Program-made: the position numbers and the translations under genes | Notes under the pieces: generated by a model | What the model was told of the DNA's origin: nothing | Databases searched by the model: none | What the model saw: the letters and a program-made list of their open reading frames with translations, nothing else | Shown here: positions 21,385 through 31,612 of the stretch, piece after piece | How positions within the stretch are numbered: position 1 is the stretch's first letter | How the letters are laid out: the number at the start of each line of letters is the position of its first letter | IMG/VR virus record: IMGVR_UViG_3300042338_000599 | Coordinates: 1-35,287 of that record | Length of the DNA: 35,287 nucleotides | Reading direction: 5' to 3' (one strand) | Source: a virus | Taxonomy: Duplodnaviria > Caudoviricetes

Positions 21385-24217
21385 AGATATTCCAATTGAT
21401 TCCGGTTCAGATTTTACAGCAGATGTTGTAAAAGCTGTTGAAGCAATTGCCCAAAACATAAAGAATTCATCAACCGCTTTTACAGGTAATTTTGATAAAG
21501 TTTCTAATTCAATTAAGACAATGCAAAAAGCGGTTGTAACTTCTGTTAAGCAGATTAAATTAGTTGCACCAGTAAATAAAAAAGATGTTAAGAAGGAAGA
21601 AACAAAAGATTTAACATCTGAATTTTCAAGAATTGTAGACGCAATTCAGAATATAAAATTAGTTTCACCGGTTGAAAAACAAATCAAAAAAGAACCTGAG
21701 AAAAAAAAATCAAAATCTGAAAATAAAAAAGATACTATAAAAGAAAAAGAATCTAAGGCTGTTAAACCTAAAGATCCTATAAATTATACGAAGCCAATTT
21801 CATCAGGTTTTAAATCAATCATTACAGCAATTGCAACCTCAACAAAGCAAGTTATATCAGCAATTTCTAAAATCAAATTAGGTAAAGAATCTAAAGAATC
21901 TGTTAAAGAATCTTCCGAAAAATCATCTAAAGAATCTATTAAAGAATCTAAAAAAGAATCTGTTAAAGAATCTAAAAAAGAATCTGTTAAAGAATCTAAA
22001 AAAGAATCTGTTAAAGAATCATCTAAGGAATCAGTTAACAAGTCTATTAAAGAAAAATCATCTAAAGAGTTGATTAAGGATAAATCAGTTAAGGAGTCAA
22101 TCAAGGATAAATCAGTTAAAGAATCTAAAGAAACAATCAAAGAATCTTCTAAAGAATCTAAAAATAAATCAAAAGATTATTCAAAAGATATTTCTTCAGG
22201 TTTTAAATCTGTAACAACTTCTGTAAAGGATATGACAAAAGAAATTGTTGCATCTGTTGGAAAAATAAAACTAGATGTTGGTAAACCTGAGAAATCAAAA
22301 GCAGAAAAGAAAAAAGAAACAGAAGGTAAAGCAAATTTTGCTGAAGATATTTCTTCCGGTTTTGCTTCTATTGTTACCTCTGTTTATGAAGCATCTATAC
22401 TAATTACTAACGCTGTTCTTGAAATTGGAACAGAGATTGTAAACGAATTAACAAAAACTAAAAAACAACCTAAAAAAGAAACTCAAGAAAAAAGCGGGCC
22501 TGATTTTACTCCTGATTCATCTATGAGTGAAAAAGAAAAATCAGTTATTAAAAAAGAAGGTTACAAAGATAAATCAAATAAAGAACAACCTAAAGCAAAA
22601 GGTATTTCAATAGCTAAAGCAGTTATTGAAATTCAACAAGCAATTATCGTTTTAGGTAAAGGAAAAGAAGAAGATAAGAAAAAAGATAAGAAAAAAGATG
22701 TAAGTACAGGAAAAGATAAGAAAAAAGATGTAAGTACAGGAAAAGATAATTCAATAAAATCGATTTTTGAAGATGTCAAAAGCACTATAAGCAGCTTTAT
22801 GAAAGGTAATAAAGCTGAAGGAATTAAAAAAGCAAAAGGTATTGTTGGAAATGTTATACAAAACAAAACAAGTAGTTTAATGGGTGGTGGTAAAAGTTCG
22901 CCAAAAATGGGAATTAAATCAGGTGTTGGTGCTGCTGGTGGTATTGGTGGCAAGATTGGAGGGCCAGCATTAGCACTTTTAGGTGCTGGAATTTCAAAAC
23001 TAATGCAAGGTGCTGGAATTGCTGCTACTGCTATTAAAAAGCATGGGATAGAACTTGCAAAAAAAATACCCGGTGCAGATAGAATTATTAAAGGTTCTTT
23101 AGTTGATGGTAAAGGAAATAAAGCTGCAAAAAAAGTTGGTAGTAAAATTGGTGGTTCTGTTGGTGCAGAAGCAGCGGGTGCAGCAGCAGCGGGTTTAGGA
23201 ATGGCTTTGAATTCTGTTACAGGTGCAGTTGGTATTGCTTCAGGTGCAATCGGAATGTTTGGTTCATACATCGAAAAATCTAACCCTGCATTGATGGAAC
23301 AATTTGGAATTATCCTTAACGATTTAGGTGGTGTTATTGGTCGATCTCTTGCACCAGTAATACAAACACTATTACCTTTGTTTCGCCAATTTGCCGATTA
23401 TATTGATTATGCAATGAAGTTAATCCAACCTTCCATTGATGTTGTAATTAACGCATTTAAAGCATTAGCCGGGCCTCTAATGGAAGCGGGTGCAACAATT
23501 TTAAAAGTGTTTGCTCCTGTATTAGTTTTTGCTGCAAAAATTCTTGAAGGTTTAGTAATTATTGTTACTCCCTTGATTGATGCTTTTTCGGAGTTTCTTG
23601 AAATAATTGGTGAAATGTTTACATCATTTTTTGAAGGTGTTGGAATAACTGAAATTATGATGAATGGTTTTAAATTAATGTCTGATGCTGTAAAGATTTT
23701 AGTAGGTGCTATAGGTTGGGCATCTGGTGCATTCTATCAGGTAATAGGTGCAGCAATAAAAGGTATTGGAACTTTGATTGATTGGATTCCCGGTACAGGT
23801 GATTTAGGTAAAACATTAATGAAAATGGGGGAAGATGCTGATAAAGCTGGTGCAAAATTAAGGGAATCAGGTGCTGATATGATTTCTTCAGGTTTAACAG
23901 GTAAAGAAAGAGATAAAAAACCTCCTAAAATTAAACCAAATGCTTCAATAGGTGCTGGTGTTAAAGAAGCTCAAGAGGTTTCAATCTCAGGTATTGGTGA
24001 TGATATCCGTAAATCGGCAATGATGGCAGGGCAAGGGCAAAAAACACAAGAACAAGCTTTAAATGATATTAGTAAAAATCTAGAAAAGAACAATTTAGCA
24101 GCAGCAGTTGCACAAGGAATGATTGAAGCACAAACAAAAATGGGTGATAAACCACAAGGATTTAAAAACGATACTGAATATTCTGGTTCTGGTGGTTCTT
24201 TTGAAGCACCATCATAA
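21377..24217 (+). CDS. tape measure protein with long K/E/S-rich repetitive N-terminal half
   Basis: Follows the chaperone genes; G/A-rich segment and amphipathic helical repeats in the C-terminal half; start reassigned to the ATG at 21377. Confidence 0.85.
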   Translation: MAKDIPIDSGSDFTADVVKAVEAIAQNIKNSSTAFTGNFDKVSNSIKTMQKAVVTSVKQIKLVAPVNKKDVKKEETKDLTSEFSRIVDAIQNIKLVSPVEKQIKKEPEKKKSKSENKKDTIKEKESKAVKPKDPINYTKPISSGFKSIITAIATSTKQVISAISKIKLGKESKESVKESSEKSSKESIKESKKESVKESKKESVKESKKESVKESSKESVNKSIKEKSSKELIKDKSVKESIKDKSVKESKETIKESSKESKNKSKDYSKDISSGFKSVTTSVKDMTKEIVASVGKIKLDVGKPEKSKAEKKKETEGKANFAEDISSGFASIVTSVYEASILITNAVLEIGTEIVNELTKTKKQPKKETQEKSGPDFTPDSSMSEKEKSVIKKEGYKDKSNKEQPKAKGISIAKAVIEIQQAIIVLGKGKEEDKKKDKKKDVSTGKDKKKDVSTGKDNSIKSIFEDVKSTISSFMKGNKAEGIKKAKGIVGNVIQNKTSSLMGGGKSSPKMGIKSGVGAAGGIGGKIGGPALALLGAGISKLMQGAGIAATAIKKHGIELAKKIPGADRIIKGSLVDGKGNKAAKKVGSKIGGSVGAEAAGAAAAGLGMALNSVTGAVGIASGAIGMFGSYIEKSNPALMEQFGIILNDLGGVIGRSLAPVIQTLLPLFRQFADYIDYAMKLIQPSIDVVINAFKALAGPLMEAGATILKVFAPVLVFAAKILEGLVIIVTPLIDAFSEFLEIIGEMFTSFFEGVGITEIMMNGFKLMSDAVKILVGAIGWASGAFYQVIGAAIKGIGTLIDWIPGTGDLGKTLMKMGEDADKAGAKLRESGADMISSGLTGKERDKKPPKIKPNASIGAGVKEAQEVSISGIGDDIRKSAMMAGQGQKTQEQALNDISKNLEKNNLAAAVAQGMIEAQTKMGDKPQGFKNDTEYSGSGGSFEAPS
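21941..22020 (+). repeat. 24-bp perfect tandem repeat x3 (KESKKESV) inside the tape measure gene
   Basis: AAAGAATCTAAAAAAGAATCTGTT at 21941, 21965 and 21989, with degenerate flanking copies. Confidence 0.95.
22681..22749 (+). repeat. 30-bp perfect tandem repeat x2 (KDKKKDVSTG)
   Basis: AAAAGATAAGAAAAAAGATGTAAGTACAGG repeated exactly. Confidence 0.95.
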
Positions 24218-24226
24218 GGGGAAAAT

Positions 24227-25522
24227 ATGCCAACGATTCCTATAGGTTTAGAGACAGCTTGGGTTGATGATACAATTGCTGAAAGAATTGGCAGTAGTTC
24301 ACCCAATTCAGCATCATTTAATTCTGATGGTAATTCTAGAGCATCAATGACATATATTGTTGATGGATTTGGAACAGATTTGGCACAACAAAACCCATTA
24401 GTAGCATTTTGCCAACAAGCTTTAGGAACAACAAAAATAAGCCAACTTTTTAACGATGGATCTTTAGAACGATCTTCGCCAATGGCACACCCTCAATATA
24501 GATGGCTTTACGCTGATAGTATTTCTTCAATTCGTGGCTTAGGGTTACTTCGAGAATCGCAAGAAGATCCTTCTTCCCCTTTAGTTTCTTGGGATACTGC
24601 ATCAAGCACTTCCTATCAATTAACAGCACCATATTTTGCAATTTATGCTAAATATGAAGTTACAGTTGAATTTGGACCTAGGCCTTACCTTGCAATTAAT
24701 GATCCAACGATGTTGGCACTAGAAGCAGAACACCCTGGTGAATATGCAATCATTGGGCCTGATAATACTTATTCAAAAGATGATGGAACACAAATAACAA
24801 TTGCTGGTTCTCCATTCCGTGAATATATGCGTTTTACAACATTCACAACGGAAACATCAGCAGAATATTTAACCCTTAAAGGTGGTCAATTTCAGTTTGT
24901 TTCTGATGTTACTGATCCCCCAATCAATGGAACAACTATTCCCGGTTTCTTTGGAAAAACTTTAATTCCAAAAACAACTATAAAAATAACTTGGTTTGAT
25001 GTTCCTTATAATTTTGTAGATCCTAATTCAACAGCATCAACAAATATTTATCAAGGTTTAGGAAGGGTAAATCAAAATTGGTTTTATGGTTTTGCTCCCG
25101 GTGAATTATTATTTGTTGGGTTTTCTAATACGCAAAAAATGCGAAATCAATTTGATGTATTTGATTATTCTTTAGCTAATGCAGCAGATTTACCTGATAT
25201 AAACACAATACTTTTAACTGATATTACTTTTAACTTTTTATACATTCCTATTTTCTCTTATGACAAAACAGGAAATATTTATCCAGCATCACCAACAGGG
25301 GTTATAAATTCACAAAATCTTTCCTATGTAAACGCTGGACATAATTTGGCAATGTCGAACGCAAACAAAAAATATTACCCTGTAGTTTCCTTAGATGTTC
25401 CTCCTAATCCATTACCAGAAAATTGGGATAAAACAGAAAAAAAACCTATTTATCCTAGTTACCCTTTTGAATTAATGTTCAACGCTTTGCCTTATATCAT
25501 GGCAGAAGAACCAACGGAATAA
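24227..25522 (+). CDS. putative distal tail / hub protein
   Basis: 431-aa ORF immediately after the tape measure gene; function inferred from position only. Confidence 0.55.
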   Translation: MPTIPIGLETAWVDDTIAERIGSSSPNSASFNSDGNSRASMTYIVDGFGTDLAQQNPLVAFCQQALGTTKISQLFNDGSLERSSPMAHPQYRWLYADSISSIRGLGLLRESQEDPSSPLVSWDTASSTSYQLTAPYFAIYAKYEVTVEFGPRPYLAINDPTMLALEAEHPGEYAIIGPDNTYSKDDGTQITIAGSPFREYMRFTTFTTETSAEYLTLKGGQFQFVSDVTDPPINGTTIPGFFGKTLIPKTTIKITWFDVPYNFVDPNSTASTNIYQGLGRVNQNWFYGFAPGELLFVGFSNTQKMRNQFDVFDYSLANAADLPDINTILLTDITFNFLYIPIFSYDKTGNIYPASPTGVINSQNLSYVNAGHNLAMSNANKKYYPVVSLDVPPNPLPENWDKTEKKPIYPSYPFELMFNALPYIMAEEPTE

Positions 25523-25532
25523 AAGGAAAATT

Positions 25533-25883
25533 ATGAACGCTGGAACATACAATATAATTTGCGAACAAGGTGCAACATTTCAACGAATAATAACGGTTGT
25601 AAATGCTGATGGAACTTTACCGGATTACAATACTTCAACTGCAAGAATGCAAGTAAGACCAACAGTAGAATCGGCAACAATAATAATTGAATTAACAACT
25701 GAAAACGGAAGAATTACATTATTAGATAATACGATTACCTTAGATATTCTTGCAGATGATACAACAATTCTTGCTGCTGGTGCTTATAAGTACGATTTAG
25801 AAATTGAAACAGGTGCAGATGTAATTCGATTAGTTCAAGGAAATTTTACAGTTTCACCTGAAGTTACAAGGGTAAACCCATAA
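25533..25883 (+). CDS. Ig-like baseplate / fibre adaptor protein (BppU-N-like)
   Basis: AGTYNIICEQGATF...ARMQVR...YKYDLEIE...RLVQGNFTVSPEVTR pattern. Confidence 0.7.
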   Translation: MNAGTYNIICEQGATFQRIITVVNADGTLPDYNTSTARMQVRPTVESATIIIELTTENGRITLLDNTITLDILADDTTILAAGAYKYDLEIETGADVIRLVQGNFTVSPEVTRVNP

Positions 25884-27046
25884 TGGCTAATACAGATATT
25901 TTTGCAAGGGTTATTGTTAATGAAGACCCAGTTAAAGCAACTGTTGTTGTACCTCAGATTGTTGCAACAATTAACGATCCATCTTCAAAAGTTGTTATCA
26001 ATAATGATTCTTCTGTTGCTGTTTTTAGGTATGTCTCTTTTACTCCTTCTTCTTTTTCTGTTGGATTGACTGCTCAAAACAATATTTTTTCTGTTTTAAA
26101 TTCCCCTGTTACTTCTCAAGGTGTTATTGATTTAAGTTTTATTTCACAAGGGCAAAATACTTTTCTTGCAGCTTCATCAACTAAAAATAGTGTTCCTGAT
26201 TTTAGAAAAATAACACAAGCAGATTTACCAAATTTATCAGGAACTTATTTAACTTCTGTTTCACATAATGGAACGCTTACAGGTGATGGTACAACAGCAT
26301 CACCGCTTCAAGTTGTTACAGGTGGTTCTGTTGGCACAGTAAATTCAGTTGCAATGACATCAACAGATTTTACAATTTCCGGTTCTCCTATTACTAATTC
26401 TGGAACTATAGTTGCAAACATTACTGCAACAGGTGTTTCTTCTGGAACTTATGGTAGTGCAACACAAGTTCCAATTATTACAGTTAATGCAAAAGGTCAA
26501 GTAACAGATGCAACTACAACATCAATTTCAATACCAACTCAAGGTTTAACATCTGTTGGAATTCTTTCAGCAAGTTTAACTGTAACAAATTCTCCAAGAA
26601 CAACAGATGGCAACATAACTTTGGAAACTGCTCCAACTGGAGTAACTACAGGTGTATACGGAAGCAATTCATCCATTCCACAAATTACAATTGGGCCTGA
26701 TGGTAGAATAACATCAGCAGTAAATTTATCTGTAGGAACTCCCGGTAGTGGTATTGGTACAGTTACATCTGTTGGATTAGTTTCATCGACATTATCTGTA
26801 ACTTCTACACCAATTACTTCTAATGGATTTCTAGCGGTTGATCTTTCTTCTTCTGGTGTAATTGCTGGAACATATGGAAGCTCAGTAAATATCCCTGTTT
26901 TTACAGTTAATTCTTTTGGACAGATTACTAGTGCTACAACATCAATTATTAATGTTTCAACATTAGGTAATCTTGATGGTGGTACAGCAAATAGCGTATA
27001 TTTGATAACACAAAATGTTACTGGTGGCGATGCAAACGGAGTTTAA
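25883..27046 (+). CDS. tail fibre protein with three internal repeats
   Basis: Three copies of GVxxGxYGSxxxxPxxTxxxxGxxTxA with (GTV)TSVxL...PxTxxG; Ser/Thr/Gly-rich. Confidence 0.8.
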   Translation: MANTDIFARVIVNEDPVKATVVVPQIVATINDPSSKVVINNDSSVAVFRYVSFTPSSFSVGLTAQNNIFSVLNSPVTSQGVIDLSFISQGQNTFLAASSTKNSVPDFRKITQADLPNLSGTYLTSVSHNGTLTGDGTTASPLQVVTGGSVGTVNSVAMTSTDFTISGSPITNSGTIVANITATGVSSGTYGSATQVPIITVNAKGQVTDATTTSISIPTQGLTSVGILSASLTVTNSPRTTDGNITLETAPTGVTTGVYGSNSSIPQITIGPDGRITSAVNLSVGTPGSGIGTVTSVGLVSSTLSVTSTPITSNGFLAVDLSSSGVIAGTYGSSVNIPVFTVNSFGQITSATTSIINVSTLGNLDGGTANSVYLITQNVTGGDANGV

Positions 27047-27049
27047 AAC

Positions 27050-28357
27050 ATGGCAATTGAAATCCAAATTAGGCGAGATACAGCAGCAAATTGGACAAGT
27101 GTTGATCCTACTTTAGCACAAGGCGAATTTGGTTTAGAAACAGACACGAACCAATTAAAAATTGGTGATGGTGTTTTGGCTTGGACTGCTTTAGCTTATT
27201 TTGGTGGTAGTGGAAATCCGTTTGATCAAGATTTAAATACTACAGATGCAGTTGTGTTTGCTGGATTAACAAACAATGCGATTATTTATCCAACTGTAGA
27301 CGGTACAGCAGGGCAAGCAATTGTAACTGATGGTGCGGGAAATTTATCATTTGCAAGCGGTGCAAATCCCTTCGATCAATCACTTAATATTGCAGATGCT
27401 GTATCTTTTACCGGATTAACAAATAATTCAATAATCTATCCATCTGTAGATGGAACGGTTGGTCAAGTAATTGTTACGGATGGTGCAGGGAATTTATCTT
27501 TTGCATCAGCAGCGAATCCATTTGATCAAAGTTTGAATATTGCAGATGCTGTATCATTTACCGGATTAACCAACAACTCAATTATATATCCAACATCTGA
27601 TGGTACAGCGGGTCAAGTAATTGTAACTGATGGTGCTGGAAATCTTTCATTTGCATCAGCAGCGAATCCATTTGATCAATCGCTTAACATTGCAGATTCT
27701 GTATCTTTTACTGGATTGACCAACAACGCAATTATCTACCCAACCTCTGATGGAACGGTTGGTCAAGTAATTGTTACAGATGGTGCTGGAAATCTTTCAT
27801 TTGGTAGTTATTTACCGCTGGCTGGCGGTGCAATGGATGATACTGCAATAGTCACACTTAGCAACATTGGAACGGATAGAGATACGGAAATAGGTGGTTG
27901 GGGATTAGGAACGCAAAAAACTTCCGATAATGATTATTCTGCAACTTTTGAATACGATCAGATTTTAATTAAAGATGGAACGCAAACAACAACCATAAAA
28001 ACAAATACCATCACTACAGGTGGAAGCTATATTGAGCGACAAGTTGCAGCAAGTTTTACCGCTGGAACTCTTACATTAGATTGTAATTTAGCAAATGTTT
28101 TTACACACGCACTTACAGCAAATGTAACAACAGTAACAATTGACAATATTCCAATTTCTGGATTAGCTATTGGAATCACTTTAATTTTAGAAGCTGATGG
28201 AACTCAAAGGACAATTACTTGGCCAGCATCGTTCCTCTGGTCTGGTGGAACTGCACCAACAATTACCGCAACTAATGCAAAAAAAGATGCAATAGTATTT
28301 ATGACTTATGATGGTGGAACAAATTTCTTGGCGTTTGTGGCAGGGCAAAATTTATGA
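27050..28357 (+). CDS. tail fibre protein (Mtd/hyaluronidase-like N-terminal domain, four 50-aa repeats)
   Basis: IQIRRDTAANW...LAQGEFGLETDT...KIGDG N-terminus; TDGAGNLSF repeats; C-terminal TITWP...WSGGTAPT...D...TYDGG domain. Confidence 0.85.
   Translation: MAIEIQIRRDTAANWTSVDPTLAQGEFGLETDTNQLKIGDGVLAWTALAYFGGSGNPFDQDLNTTDAVVFAGLTNNAIIYPTVDGTAGQAIVTDGAGNLSFASGANPFDQSLNIADAVSFTGLTNNSIIYPSVDGTVGQVIVTDGAGNLSFASAANPFDQSLNIADAVSFTGLTNNSIIYPTSDGTAGQVIVTDGAGNLSFASAANPFDQSLNIADSVSFTGLTNNAIIYPTSDGTVGQVIVTDGAGNLSFGSYLPLAGGAMDDTAIVTLSNIGTDRDTEIGGWGLGTQKTSDNDYSATFEYDQILIKDGTQTTTIKTNTITTGGSYIERQVAASFTAGTLTLDCNLANVFTHALTANVTTVTIDNIPISGLAIGITLILEADGTQRTITWPASFLWSGGTAPTITATNAKKDAIVFMTYDGGTNFLAFVAGQNL
27215..27802 (+). 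repeat. four 150-bp tandem repeats in the tail fibre gene
   Basis: NPFDQ units start at 27215, 27365, 27515 and 27665; differences are mostly synonymous. Confidence 0.95.
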
Positions 28358-30081
28358 TAAGCAGAATGTTAATGATGTGTGCAAATGCGGGTGGTTCACC
28401 ACCCCCATGTATTGATGGGTTTTTAAGTTATGTAAATAATTACTACTTTAATTATGGTGTTGCAGATATAACAATAACGCAAGATTTAACTAGCTTATAT
28501 GCTCTAGATTATGCTGATTTTAAAATTAAATGGTATGATCGAAATGTAACAACTGGTGCAATTACAATTGCTAATTCCTTTTCAACCCTGAGTGAATATC
28601 CTGATTTTATTTTAAGTTCGCCTCTTGATGCAAATAATGTAGTCCAAAATGTTTATGTTTGGTCTAGAACCGTTGACAATACAAATTTATATTATATAAG
28701 CACTTACGAAAGAACTCCAAACGCTGGAAGCTGGCAATTAGATTTAATAGATAAAACTCAAGTCAATTTAAGTGGTGCAGAATTTTACGGTAAACCAATA
28801 TTAAGTCCAAACGGAAGTAACGCATATTCATTAGGTAACACCACTAACTACCAAAATCAACAACCAGTTATAATAACTTATGGTTCACCTCCTAATAGTG
28901 GAATGTATGTTCAAAGTGTTTTAAATCTTCAAACAATTGGCAATGGTAATTCAATAGAAATTTCACCAAATGGAAAACATTTATATATGTTTGGTTCTAC
29001 TAACCAATATGGATCGAATGAACTTAGAATTTTTTCTAGAAATTTATCAACTGGAATTCTTACTTTCATTAGTCCACTTTCAACATTAAACAGAAGTTAT
29101 ATAACAGCAAAGCTTTTGTTTTCTCCTGATAGTTTGTCTGTTTATGTTGTTGATACAAGTTCTTCAGGGCCATCATATTCAACCATAGATAAATATTCTC
29201 GAAATGATTCAACAGGTGCGTTAACCTATGTTTCGACATTTTCAACAGGTGTTGATATTAGAGATGCAGTTATCTCTAAAAATGGGGAGAGTATTTACAC
29301 AGAAAATATTCCGTTTTTGTCTCACTATATAGTTTCTTCAAACGCAATTACTTTTTCTGATAGTGTGGCTTTATCTCAATTTGGAATTACAAATGGGTTA
29401 ACAGTTAGTTATGACAGCAAGTTCCTTTATCATCCAGATATCACGAATAATATGCCATATTTTTCTACAGATGTTTGCCCATCTATAACTTTTAAATTTG
29501 TTGCAGAAAATGATCCTAATAGTGTTTACTCTATTTCTGCTGTCGAACTAGGGATGGTTAACGGAAAAAAATTCTTTTCGCAAATTGGAACCCCTGCAAA
29601 TTATTCTAGTCATATATTTTGGAACGGAACTTATTGGTTTTATAATCGTGGAAATGGAACAACAATATATTTTAACTCAACCGATTCAGAATTGCCTCCT
29701 AGCGGATTGTGGCAACCAGCTAGTGATCTTCCCCCCGGCCCTTGGATTCCCGCCCAAGGATTTACAACTGGTACATTAACTTACGAATATATATACACAC
29801 CTCCATTTGTAGAACCTGATTATTTGTGTGTAACTGGAAACTCTGGATATAATAATCCTTCTTTTAATGGTCAATATTATGGCTATGGGGGTGCTGGCTG
29901 GGTTCACATTGGAGTTTCGTGGCAGACAAATGACGGAAGCACTATATCAAATAGTGCTACATTTTATACTCAATCAACTTCTGCATACGAATCTACTACA
30001 GGTTTAACTGGATTCTACGACAGCTTAGATACAAATATTTTTGGATATCCAGCACCAACAGTATCTTTAGGAAGTTGCTAG
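28354..30081 (+). CDS. putative receptor-binding protein with lactonase-like beta-propeller
   Basis: Repeated ISPNGKHLY / FSPDSLSVY / ISKNGESIY blades and RNxSTGxLT motifs; overlaps the fibre gene stop. Confidence 0.7.
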   Translation: MISRMLMMCANAGGSPPPCIDGFLSYVNNYYFNYGVADITITQDLTSLYALDYADFKIKWYDRNVTTGAITIANSFSTLSEYPDFILSSPLDANNVVQNVYVWSRTVDNTNLYYISTYERTPNAGSWQLDLIDKTQVNLSGAEFYGKPILSPNGSNAYSLGNTTNYQNQQPVIITYGSPPNSGMYVQSVLNLQTIGNGNSIEISPNGKHLYMFGSTNQYGSNELRIFSRNLSTGILTFISPLSTLNRSYITAKLLFSPDSLSVYVVDTSSSGPSYSTIDKYSRNDSTGALTYVSTFSTGVDIRDAVISKNGESIYTENIPFLSHYIVSSNAITFSDSVALSQFGITNGLTVSYDSKFLYHPDITNNMPYFSTDVCPSITFKFVAENDPNSVYSISAVELGMVNGKKFFSQIGTPANYSSHIFWNGTYWFYNRGNGTTIYFNSTDSELPPSGLWQPASDLPPGPWIPAQGFTTGTLTYEYIYTPPFVEPDYLCVTGNSGYNNPSFNGQYYGYGGAGWVHIGVSWQTNDGSTISNSATFYTQSTSAYESTTGLTGFYDSLDTNIFGYPAPTVSLGSC

Positions 30082-30144
30082 AAATTACTATTTCAATTTT
30101 AATTTTTTGAGTTATAATTGATTAGATTTTGGGAGTAATAAAAG

Positions 30145-30414
30145 ATGTTTGCAGATATAAACTTCATAGATATTTTTGAAAAGTTTGGAGTTTCTTTAGG
30201 TTTTCTAGTTTTCATGTTATGGACAACTTACAAAGGTTTTGGATGGCTTGGAAGTAATATATTATTACCATTACACCAAAGACATATGGTATTTATAGAC
30301 CGTCTTGAAAGCTCAATAAATGAAGTTACTAAAGTACAAACTGAATCAATGCGAATCTTGGCAGAAGTTCTAAACCATACAAAAACTTTAAGAAAGGACT
30401 CTAAAAATGATTAA
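30145..30414 (+). CDS. holin-like membrane protein
   Basis: N-terminal TM segment FGVSLGFLVFMLW followed by a coiled coil; GGGAG RBS. Confidence 0.55.
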   Translation: MFADINFIDIFEKFGVSLGFLVFMLWTTYKGFGWLGSNILLPLHQRHMVFIDRLESSINEVTKVQTESMRILAEVLNHTKTLRKDSKND

Positions 30415-30715
30415 GTTTCCAGACTCGTTGCCAATGGATTCTATTCTTTTGGTTATAAATAAAATCAAAGGTACAAATGAACCATCTAATAAAGAATTTG
30501 CGGAAGCTATTTGGAATATCGTTGGCTATGCAGCTAATCAGACTATACCGGAAGATAAAACGATTATTGGCGAAGTTCAAGATTTGAACCTTGAAGATTT
30601 TGCAGCAATTTTAGAACAAGCAATCACAATGAAAGATTCTCCTGAAGTTACTAAACTTCCTTGGGCAAATATTCTAAAGATTGGTTTAAAGCTTTTGATT
30701 TCGATTTTTTTGTAA
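30407..30715 (+). CDS. hypothetical protein with C-terminal amphipathic/hydrophobic helix
   Basis: Ends LPWANILKIGLKLLISIFL; AAGGA RBS. Confidence 0.7.
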   Translation: MIKFPDSLPMDSILLVINKIKGTNEPSNKEFAEAIWNIVGYAANQTIPEDKTIIGEVQDLNLEDFAAILEQAITMKDSPEVTKLPWANILKIGLKLLISIFL

Positions 30716-30992
30716 TAGGGGATCGGATTGGCACAAGGTAAGAAATAAGTATTTAGAAAAGTATCCAACTTGTGCATCTTGTTTAGAAGTCGATCCCAAA
30801 GTTTTACAGATTCATCATGTAATACCTTTTTCAGTAAATGAAAATTTAGAATATGATGAATCTAATTTAATAACGCTTTGCCGTGAATGTCATTTTCTTT
30901 TTGGTCATTTAAAAAATTGGCGATCTTTTAATAAGTGGTGTCGAACAGATTGCAAAACAATGTCTGAAAGAATAAGGAATAGACCATGTTAA
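30699..30992 (+). CDS. HNH endonuclease (HK97 gp74-like) lacking an in-frame start codon (not in ORF track)
   Basis: Manual translation RGSDWHKVRNKYLEKYPTCASC...QIHHVIPF...DESNLITLCRECHFLFGHLKNW; in-frame TGA at 30696-30698 and no ATG/GTG/TTG before the domain. Confidence 0.8.
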   Translation, partial: FRFFCNRGSDWHKVRNKYLEKYPTCASCLEVDPKVLQIHHVIPFSVNENLEYDESNLITLCRECHFLFGHLKNWRSFNKWCRTDCKTMSERIRNRPC

Positions 30993-31612
30993 ACATCGTT
31001 TTATTAGTGTTTCTTCAAATACCTACTATAGACCTACCCGCAAAGGTATCCGGTCAAATAGGTGCTTTTATAACGATCCCTGCAAGAACAGAAGCGAAAT
31101 CTGTAAAATGGGTTTCGGTTGATAAGGGATTGAATATTTTCCCTGTTGATCTTCTTAAAGATTCAAAAACCTTGATTGTTACGGCTCAATCTGAAGGTTC
31201 TTACAGAGTGTTTGCCTATGCTGGAAATGAATTTGGGCCTTCTGATCCAGCATTTACAACAGTTTTAATTGGTGAAAATCCTGAACCTATTCCAGTTAAT
31301 CCAACCGATTCAGATATTACAAAAGCAGCATCAAAGGAAGATAAAGAAAAAGTAAAATGGTTATCAATGTTCTATTCTCAATTGTCTACGGATATCCAAA
31401 AACCTGAATATGAAACTTTAGGAAGTGTTTTTAAAACAGCTAAAAAAACAATTGATGATAAATTTAAACCTGAAGAATTATCTAATCTAAGAAGTGTTAT
31501 CGGTAAAAGGTTAAATGAAAAACTTCCTAAAGATTCTGAATTAAAACTTACACAAGATGTTAAGGATTTATTAACATCAACATTTCTACAAATTTCTAAG
31601 GAGTTAAAATAA
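30986..31612 (+). CDS. putative exported protein (hydrophobic N-terminus, beta domain, Pro linker, helical domain)
   Basis: MLNIVLLVFLQ leader; ENPEPIPVNP linker; AAGGA RBS. Confidence 0.7.
   Translation: MLNIVLLVFLQIPTIDLPAKVSGQIGAFITIPARTEAKSVKWVSVDKGLNIFPVDLLKDSKTLIVTAQSEGSYRVFAYAGNEFGPSDPAFTTVLIGENPEPIPVNPTDSDITKAASKEDKEKVKWLSMFYSQLSTDIQKPEYETLGSVFKTAKKTIDDKFKPEELSNLRSVIGKRLNEKLPKDSELKLTQDVKDLLTSTFLQISKELK

Noticed and set aside
21784-23271. Long antisense ORFs 21784-22140 and 22633-23271
   Set aside because: Shadows of the low-complexity, codon-biased tape measure gene; no RBS or independent motifs.
27050-30081. Diversity-generating retroelement suggested by the Mtd-like N-terminal domain and 150-bp repeats
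   Set aside because: The repeats are in-frame and differ mostly at synonymous positions rather than only at adenines; no reverse transcriptase or separate template repeat is visible in the window.
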